Below, piece after piece: positions 49,761 to 64,000 of a DNA stretch of 64,000 bases. Each line of letters starts with the position of its first letter. Within the stretch, counting starts at the first letter, position 1. Below the pieces are notes generated by a model. That model searched no databases and was not told the origin of the DNA. It saw nothing but the letters and a program-made list of their open reading frames with translations. This stretch comes from the human T2T-CHM13v2.0 reference genome, Homo sapiens. The stretch lies in the NCBI RefSeq assembly GCF_009914755.1, contig NC_060925.1; one strand, 5' to 3'. The position numbers were made by a program, and so were the translations under genes.

Positions 49761-50508
49761 TAATGGATTAATGCAGAATCTAGGAAACAAAACATAGAAG
49801 AGATGGATTGTTAAACTCCATCTCTCCCTTTTCGTTTCATCATCTGATTTTGGGGAAGAACCTGCCTTTCCTCAACCTACCAGTAAAAGAAAAGGCAATA
49901 AAACACACCATTATCATGGGTTTATTTCACATCTTTAAAAATAATCATCTTGGCTAAACTAAGCAAAAAATAAAAGTGGCATGACAGTGGTTTCTGCTTT
50001 TTGTGCTTCTTTTCTGTTTTTGCTTTGTTTCATTTTAATGTAAAGGAAACTCAAATGAGGAGCTTGTTTGTCTTCAACACTAACATTCAGGCTCTTTATC
50101 CAGCCATATTTGTGCCTGAAGTGTTATTAGCCAAAGATAATTTTACAGAAGGTACAAGATTTAAATGTGGATGCTGCTTACAAAGGCATAAAAGGCTGAA
50201 TAACAGATGACTGCTGGGACATGAGAAGTGAGAATCAAAAAGCCAAGGAAGGGCCACCCACAGATAGAGAAAAGAAGACACGGCAGGGGACGGGGGTGGG
50301 AGCGGGTGGAGCCAAGATAGCCGAATAGGAACAGCTCCAGTCTACAGCTCCCAGCATGAGCAATGCAGAAGACGGGGGATTTCTGCATTTCCAACTGAGG
50401 TACCAGGTTCATCTCACTGGGGAGTGCCTGACAGTGGGTGCAGGACAGTGGGTGCAGCACACCGTGCGTGAGCCGAAGCAGGGTGAGGCATTGCCTCACC
50501 TGAGAAGC

Positions 50509-50754
50509 TCAAGGGGTCAGGGAATTCCCTTTCCTAGTCAAAGAAAGGGGTGACAGATGGCACCTGGAAAATCGGGTCACTCCCACCCTAATACTGCGCT
50601 CTTCCAACAGGCTTAACAAACGGCACACCAGGAGATTATATCCCACACATGGCTCGGAGGGTCCTACACCCACGGAGCCTTGCTCATTGCTAGCACAGCA
50701 GTCTGAGATCAAACTGCAAGGTGGCAGCAAGACTGGGGGAGGGGTGTCTGCCAT
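50509..50754 (-). CDS. L1 ORF0 (antisense ORF in the 5'UTR), 81 aa
   Basis: ATG-initiated MADTPPPVLLPPCSLISDCCASNEQGSVGVGPSEP...IRVGVTRFSRC, closely similar to the recalled primate L1 ORF0 (MAGAPPPASLPPCSLISDCCASN...). Expression unknown. Confidence 0.7.
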   Translation of the reverse strand: MADTPPPVLLPPCSLISDCCASNEQGSVGVGPSEPCVGYNLLVCRLLSLLEERSIRVGVTRFSRCHLSPLSLTRKGNSLTP

Positions 50755-51329
50755 TGCTCAGGCTTGAGTAGGTAAACAAAGCAGCTGGGAAGCTCTAACT
50801 GGGTGGAGCCCACCACAGCTCAAGGAGGCCTGCCTGCCTCTGTAGGCTCCACCTCTGGGGGAAGGGCACAGACAAACAAAAGACAGCAATAACCTCTACA
50901 GACTTAAATGTCCCTGTCTGACAGCTTTGAAGAGAGTAGTGCTTCTCCCAGCATGCAGCTTGAGATCTGAGAACGGGCAGACTGCCTCCTCAAGTGGGTC
51001 CCTGACTCCCGAGTAGCCTAAATGGGAGGCACCCCCCAGTAGGGGCAGACTGACACCTCACACGGCCAGGTAATCCTCTGAGACAAAACTTCCAGAGGAA
51101 CGATCAGGCAGCGGCATTTGCAGCTCACCGATATACGCTGTTCTGCAGCCACCGCTGCTGATACCCAGGCAAACAGGGTCGGGAGTGGACCTCCAGTAAA
51201 CTCCAACAGACCTGCAGCTGAGGGTCCTGACTGTTAGAAGGAAAACTAACAAACAGAAAGGACATCCACACCAAAAACCCATCTGTACGTCACCATCATC
51301 AAAGACCAAAGGTAGATAAAACCACAAAG

Positions 51330-52346
51330 ATGGTGAAAAAACAGAGCAGAAAAACCGGAAACTCTAAAAATCAGAGCGCCTCTCCTCCTCCAAAGGAATG
51401 CAGCTCCTCACCAGCAATGGAACAAAGCTGGACAGAGAATGACTTTAATGAGTTGAGAGAAGAAGGCTTCAGAAGATCAAACTACTCCAAGCTAAAGGAG
51501 GAAGTTCAAACCAATGGCAAAGAAGTTAAAAACTTTGAAAAAAAATTAGATGAATGGGTAACTAGAATAATCAATGCAGAGAAGTCCTTAAAGGACCTGA
51601 TGGAGCTGAAAACCATGGCACAAAAACTACATGACAAATGCACAAGCCTCAGTAACCGATGCAATCAACTGGAAGAAAGGGTATCAGCGATGGAAGACGA
51701 AATGAATGAAATGAAGGAAGAAGGGAAGTTTAGAGAAAAAAGAATAAAAAGAAACGAACAAAGCCTCCAAGAAATATGGGACTATGTGAAGAGACCAAAT
51801 CTATGTCTCATTGGTGTACCTGAAAGTGACGGGGAGGATGGAACCAAGTTGGAAAACACTCTGCAGGATATTATCCAGGAGAACTTCCCCAATCTAGCAA
51901 GGCAGGCCAACATTCAAATTCAGGAAATACCAAGAACGCCACAAAGGTACTCCTCGAGAAGAGCAACTCCAAGACACATAATTGTCAGATTCACCAAAGT
52001 TGAAATGAAGGAAAAAATGTTAAGGGCAGCCAGAGAGAAAGGTCGGGTTACCCACAAAGGGAAGCCCATCAGACTAACAGCTGATCTCTCAGCAGGAACT
52101 CAACAAGCCAGAAGAGAGTGGGGGCCAATATTCAACATTCTTAAAGAAAAGAATTTTCAACCCAGAATTTCATATCCAGCCAAACTAAGCTTCATAAGTG
52201 AAGGAGAAATAAAATACTTTACAGACAAGCAAATGCTGAGAGATTGTGTTACCACCAGGCCTGCCCTAAAAGCGCTCTTGAAGGAAGCACTAAACATGGA
52301 AAGGAACAGCCAGTACCAGCCACTGCAAAAACACACCAAATTGTAA
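51330..52346 (+). CDS. L1 ORF1p (RNA-binding/chaperone), uninterrupted 338 aa
   Basis: Full canonical length with coiled coil, RRM and CTD; REKG, ARR and YPAKLS motifs retained. Confidence 0.9.
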   Translation: MVKKQSRKTGNSKNQSASPPPKECSSSPAMEQSWTENDFNELREEGFRRSNYSKLKEEVQTNGKEVKNFEKKLDEWVTRIINAEKSLKDLMELKTMAQKLHDKCTSLSNRCNQLEERVSAMEDEMNEMKEEGKFREKRIKRNEQSLQEIWDYVKRPNLCLIGVPESDGEDGTKLENTLQDIIQENFPNLARQANIQIQEIPRTPQRYSSRRATPRHIIVRFTKVEMKEKMLRAAREKGRVTHKGKPIRLTADLSAGTQQARREWGPIFNILKEKNFQPRISYPAKLSFISEGEIKYFTDKQMLRDCVTTRPALKALLKEALNMERNSQYQPLQKHTKL

Positions 52347-52394
52347 AGACCATCAAGGCTAGGAAGAAACTGCATCAACTAATGAGCAAAATGA

Positions 52395-56239
<3,845 letters not shown>

Positions 56240-56443
56240 ACAATGAGAACACATGGACACAGGAAGGGGAACATCACATACCAGGGACTGTTGTGGGGTG
56301 GGGGTGGGGGGAGGGATAGCATTAGGAGATATACCTAATGCTAAACGACAAGTTAATGGGTGCAGCACACCAACATGGCACATGCATACATATGTAACAA
56401 ACCTGCACGTTGTGCACATGTACCCTAAAACTTAAAGTATAAT

Positions 56444-56495
<52 letters not shown>

Positions 56496-56615
56496 GAGAC
56501 CAGAAGACAAGGACATAGAAGGGGCAAGAGAATGAGCTGAAAGCATGCAGGGCTTAAAAAAAAAAAAAATGAAAGAAAGAAACGTAATGATGAGGCTGCA
56601 ACACTGAAACACCCT

Positions 56616-56935
56616 AGCCAGGTGCGGTGGCTCATGCCTGTAATCCCAGCACTTTCGGAGGCCACAGCAAGTGGATCACCTGAGGTCAGGAGTTTGAGAC
56701 CAGCCTGGCCAACATGATGAAACCCTGTTTCTACTAAAAACACAAAAATTAGCCAGGCATCGAGGTGGGTGCCTGTAATCCCAGGTACTCAGGAGGCTGA
56801 GGCAGGAGAATCACTTGAACCTGGGAGGTAGAGGTTGCAGTGAGCCAGGATCTGGGCCACTGCACTCCAGCCTGGATGACAAAGTGAAACTCTAACTCAA
56901 AAAAAAAAAAAAAAAAAAAGAGAAAAAGAAAAAAA
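56616..56935 (+). mobile_element. AluS element
   Basis: Full Alu. Confidence 0.93.
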
Positions 56936-57395
56936 CACCTGTGAGCTAGGATTGACCGGGGACAATAAGAAATGTAATTTTTTTCCTAAGATTAAAACTG
57001 TCCTTGTATTAATTACCTCATCCTGTGGAAAACTCTGTGGGTAGATAAGGTATCAGTGTGTTGGGAGCTGATATTAAATGATTACATATCTTTATATTTA
57101 ACTCGACTGAAGCATCCTCAGAATGTTTGTGTTTATTTTCATAAAGTGCAGTTGGAGCTTTGCACTTCAGATCCAGATACTATTAACTACCAGAGTCAAA
57201 GGAAGGGGTTTTCCATCTACACTTCGATTTACAATCCACAGAGATGTCAATGTCCTGTGTTTCAAGCACAGCAGAAAACTTTCCCAAATATAATGTGACA
57301 TGCAACAAAGTCTCAGAGCAGAAGCAAAGATATGAGAGAGGACCTAAAACACAATGGTAGGGGCGCACTGTTGTAGTCTCAAGAAAGGGACTTCA

Positions 57396-57700
<305 letters not shown>

Positions 57701-59642
57701 AAGGGACTTCAGGGGAACGTGGGACTACAAACATTTTTATATGTTTGAACACAATTCATTGTGATTACGTAGGAATAGGGAAAGCCAAAAACTACTAATT
57801 TTGTTATCGGTTAGTAAAATACCCGTTATTAATAACCTGTTTGCTTCTGAGCTCTCCAAACAGAATAAAGCCATGTGCCCTTCCTTCTGTCCGTCCATCA
57901 GGTGTTTGGGAATGGAAAACAGCTCCAATCATCCATCCCATCAGTGCCTACACGGGGGTGGGATGGTGGGTTGTGGCATCAGCAGCTCAGGTGGTCAAGG
58001 CCTCCTTCAGCCCTTGGTTGGGAGTGTGGAAGATGGGATTGACAGTGGCTTTATAAACATGGAGGAGGGGCATCTGCCACTTATATATCTGGGAACACCC
58101 CAGAGAAACCATCCGGCTCCCAGGGATGGAGGGTGAGAGGAAGGAGAGGGCAACAGGGAAGGCTCTCCTCTTCCCCTGCCCTCCACTGTGTTACCAGCCA
58201 TCCTGAAATCAGTTTATTATGCCCCCCAAATCAAGTACCCTGCCCATTCCCAGGTTGCCAAATCCTACTCTGTGTCTTCGCTTAGACAATTTCAGATATC
58301 TACTGTTCTTGGTCAGAGGAAAGTAAACAGGTATTTACCCATCTATGGTCTGGAAATTAAGACCTGGCCCAGATGCCCAAAAACAGTAATCCTTCCTTCC
58401 CTCTCTCACCCCTGAGTTCTCCCTCCTTATTTTCTAATGACTTACTTTGCTTTCAGAGAGAGAGAGAGACAGAGCCAAGCTTACAAAATATGTCACCAAT
58501 CTCCTAGCATAAATAGGATGCACATCTCAGTAGTGTAATGTGTCAGCACATGGGAAGAATTAAAAGGGAATTAGAAGTCTACTGAACGTCCTCTGTTTCT
58601 TCCATCATGAAGTTTTAGGGAGCCAGGCACTCCACCAGGGATCCTAAACCTGCTCCCAGCTTTAACTTCTTTTAACTTGATACCTACTCATAATGATGCT
58701 CAAAAAACATTTCTCAGATTGAATCAAATATTTAAGTGCTTTTATCCTGTTTTAATGTGTATTTGAAAGCAAATAATTTGAAAAGCAGTATTAATGATCT
58801 TGTCACCGTGAAAAAGGAAGATTCCTTTTTCGTGTCACGATGAAAAGATCTGATTCGTATTAAAATCTTCCTCTTTACCTTTCTTATAACTACTTTAAAA
58901 GAGAATGTAATCATTTAAAATTATATTTTTGCTGATAATTTCTGGGCCAGTAAATTCTTGATTATCTAGGATAAAGCAGATATGACTTGAAAAATAATTC
59001 TTAAAGCCACTAAGGTCCAACACATGGAAACCTCCTTTTCATTGTCTATCCGTTCACCATGAAAGTCTATATTGCTTGAAAGATAGAGTGAGCAAGAGCC
59101 TTTGCACCTAGATCCAGACACTATTACCTTCATCAGCCCTGGAGATTATTACATCACAGACAGCATAGTTCTTTCTTAGTTGGACATTTTGTTTGGTCAC
59201 TTGTTAATCTGAAAATCCAAGTGAGAAATACCTTATTTCCTCAAATCTAAGATGCCAACAATTGTAAGACACACCATTATCTTATGCACCACTGAAAAGG
59301 AAACGTGTTTCTGATATCATTGAAAGGTATACGATATATCCTGACTTGAAGGAAGTTAAACAGTGAGAAATGTGTCTTAGGAGTGGTGAGATGAAGCATT
59401 ACTTCCCTGGCTACAGGTTCTTCACAGCCACGTTCCGGAAGCCCGAATGCTCAGGCCATGGCAGGATCACGGCACCAACCATTCCAACCATGACTAACAG
59501 AATCTAAAATTACCAATGGATTTCTTAGGGTGTGTCTATTTATTTCCTTATTCGACAGATATTTCTTTGTACCTAGCATACATGTTAGACACTGTCGTAC
59601 CCTAAGGGTTCACAGTCTAGAGATGTATGACTTTGGTTTAGG

Positions 59643-59850
59643 CCAGGGATCAGCTAACCATGGCCCATGTGCCAACTCCAGCAGACCTGTTTTTGTAAGC
59701 TATTGTAACAAAACCACACCCGTATGTTTAAGTAGTGCCTGTGTCTGCTTTTACAGTACAATGGCAGCGTTGTCACCACAAAAACTACATGTTACCTGCA
59801 AAGCCTGAAATATTTTCGATCTGACCTTTTACAGAAAAAGTTTGCTGATC
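59643..59850 (-). mobile_element. MER58-like hAT-Charlie MITE
   Basis: 'gcctgaaatattt..atctgaccttttacagaaaaagtttgctga' terminal sequence. Confidence 0.75.
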
Positions 59851-59962
59851 TTTGGTTTAGGTTATAGTTTGGGACTATAGTTGGGTCACTTTAAAAACCT
59901 TCAATTTAAAACAAATATCCTATCCATTCAAAGTGGCACAGACTGTTTAAAAACATAAACTG

Positions 59963-60269
59963 GGCTGGGTGCGGTGGCTCATGCCTGTAATCCCAGCACT
60001 TTGGGAGGCCAAGGCTCCTGAGGTACCTCCTCACCTGAGGTCAGGAGTTCGAGACCAGCCTGGCCAACAAGGTGAAACCCCATCTCTACTAAAAGTACAA
60101 AACTTAGCCAGGCATGGTGGCGGGCACCTGTAATCCCAGCTACTGGGAAGGCTGAGGCAGGAGAATCACTTGAACACGGGAGGCGGAGGTTGTATTGAGC
60201 CAAGATCGTACCACTGCACTTCAGCCTAGAAGACAAGAGCAAGACTCCATCTCAAAAATAAAATAAAAA
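59963..60269 (+). mobile_element. AluS element with a small internal rearrangement
   Basis: Full Alu; 60016-60030 departs from the consensus. Confidence 0.93.
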
Positions 60270-60594
60270 GGTAAACTAGGCAGGAAAGAGAATAAACAAG
60301 GAGGATAGGACACACAGAGACTAAGCACTAGGGATTATTTAAGACCTTTTCTTTCTTTCCCTTTGCCTCTAACATATAGTCTTCTGAGTATTATATGACA
60401 TCGATAAGGACAGAAAGATCTGTTAACCTGACAATATTGCAATTTATTAGCAACTCCGGTATTCAGGTTTACAAAGAAAGAATTGAACACTTGTAGGTAA
60501 CATCTGATGTAGTGACAATGGACTTGAGCCATTCTCCACTAATCTTCATCAGTGACATCCTCTCAACACCGACCCTCTGTGCTGTCATTCATGG

Positions 60595-61700
<1,106 letters not shown>

Positions 61701-62166
61701 GAGGTGAGGAAGTTAACTCATTCTTTGTTACGGGCAATTGACATTTGCTCATTTCTATATAAGATGTGGATAAATTCATGTTTAGAAAAATTGTATATGA
61801 ACTTGGTAACATAATCTAAGCAAAAATGCATGCTTGTCATACAGATTCAACTTCAAGGCCAATTGTTCAACCTGCTCTTCCAAACACATGGCCTTCCCTA
61901 AGCCCCTTCCTCTATGAGGAAATTCTGGAGATCCTAGAAATTCTGGGAATTTTGTTATTAGGCATACTTCACTCATCCTCGCGGGCTTTATGTCACTTTT
62001 ATGAGCAAAAATTTCCTGTATCTGCAGTAGTATCAAATGTAAATGACAATTTGTATTTTTCATTACAAATTACTCCTAAAATTAGCATACTAGAGTTTTA
62101 ATAAACTTTTAAAATTGCCTTAGACTACTTTAATATTCAGAAAAGGCATTAAAAATCGAATGACTA

Positions 62167-62780
<614 letters not shown>

Positions 62781-62807
62781 TAAAATTGCATTCCTTTTAG
62801 TTACCTC

Positions 62808-62970
62808 TAGTGGTGCTTTTCAAACCTGAAGGTGGGCACAGATCACCTGGAGACCTTATTAAGATGCAGATTCTGATGAGCAGGTCTGGAATGGGGCCAA
62901 CATTCTGCATTTTTCACAGGTTCCCAGGTGATGCTGATGCTGCTGGTTCTCAAACTACGCTTTAACAAGC
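62808..62970. mobile_element. MER5A-like MITE
   Basis: 'atgcagattctgat..caggtctggaatggggcc..ttctgcattt..caggtgatgctgatgctgctgg'. Confidence 0.8.
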
Positions 62971-64000
62971 AGAGACATATAAGTGAAGGCTAAGAAGAGA
63001 CACTTTTTTTTTAACGAAACAGTTAAGTTTTGTTAAACTTAACTGTTTAACGAAACAGTTAAGAAACCATTTATTCAAGGAATATTTATTGAGTACCTGT
63101 TAAGAGTCACAACATGTGATAGATGCTGGGCTTTCTCCCTCTGAGAGAGAAATTTCATTAAAAAACAATTATAGCAGCCATGGGTGCCAGGATAGATAGG
63201 CTCTTGGGGGACCAAAGAAAGGGTGGGGCAGGATGAGGTGCATAACTAGAAAGACCATCCTGAAAAAAACGGCATGTGAGTTGTGCCTTGAAACACAGGA
63301 GGAAGAGGCCACAGAAGGGAAAGATGTTTCTTATGTAGAGAGCTGCAGGAGCACAGGCACAGCTCTGAGAGCTCATAAATCCCTCTGTAATTGCAGGTTG
63401 TTCAGCCAGACTGGAAGGCAAGTGCCTTGGGGGGAGGGTGGAAAATGAAGCAGACGATGGGCAGCAAGGAGGACTGAGAGGCTGGAGGCACCTGAAGGTG
63501 GTGAAACAACCCTGAACGATTTTTTTTCCAGAAGAGAATCAGGTTTGTATCTTGGAAAGGCCACTCTGGCCACAATCTAGGATAAGGGAGTAAAGAAGAG
63601 GGGCAGATGCTCTAAGAACCATTGAAACACCGGAGCCTTGTATCTCACTCACAAGATGAAACATACACATTTTAAAACAAGTAAGCAGCTTATATGACCT
63701 TACTTGCATAAATAGTATACCCAGTACCTGGTATGGAAATAACATATCAATGATTTCCAAATAGTCATCTACTAGTGCTTGAGGAAAAAAGGTTTATTCT
63801 ATAAAGACAAAAATGTTTAACCCAATACAATTAATTTGCTTTGTAAAGCTTTAAGAGTAAAATTCAAGACAATCTCTGCCCTAAAAATCACAAATTCCAA
63901 ATGGATACATCAAATCAAGCATGATGCAAATGATAACTTCCTGCCTGCTCTTCATACTGCTGTGTCGAGACATTGTGTGTAAGCAGGTGCTAGGGTGGAT

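Overview
Human (primate) genomic DNA, Alu/L1/L2/MIR-rich. The window covers the last ~39 kb of the final intron, the last coding exon (38899-39146, C-terminal ligand-binding domain with AF-2) and the ~3.2 kb 3'UTR of the nuclear receptor gene NR5A2 (LRH-1) on the + strand, then ~22 kb of downstream sequence. The ORF track misses this exon; nearly all ORFs in the track are repeat-derived noise. Two inserts stand out. (1) An antisense, disabled, processed retrocopy of COL22A1 (~11896-13510) that records a short transcript: signal peptide and vWA domain spliced to a non-canonical, apparently L2-derived terminal exon with its own AATAAA and poly(A). It is CpG-rich and its junctions show inverted templated repeats instead of a normal target-site duplication. 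(2) A full-length L1PA4-like LINE-1 (~50292-56494) with an open ORF1, an open antisense ORF0, a broken ORF2, the retained ~129-bp ZNF93-target segment and a mutated YY1 site; its antisense promoter faces the NR5A2 3' end. Gene and repeat identities come from recalled sequences, not a database search. Repeat boundaries and subfamilies are approximate. No prokaryote-type system (CRISPR etc.) is present.
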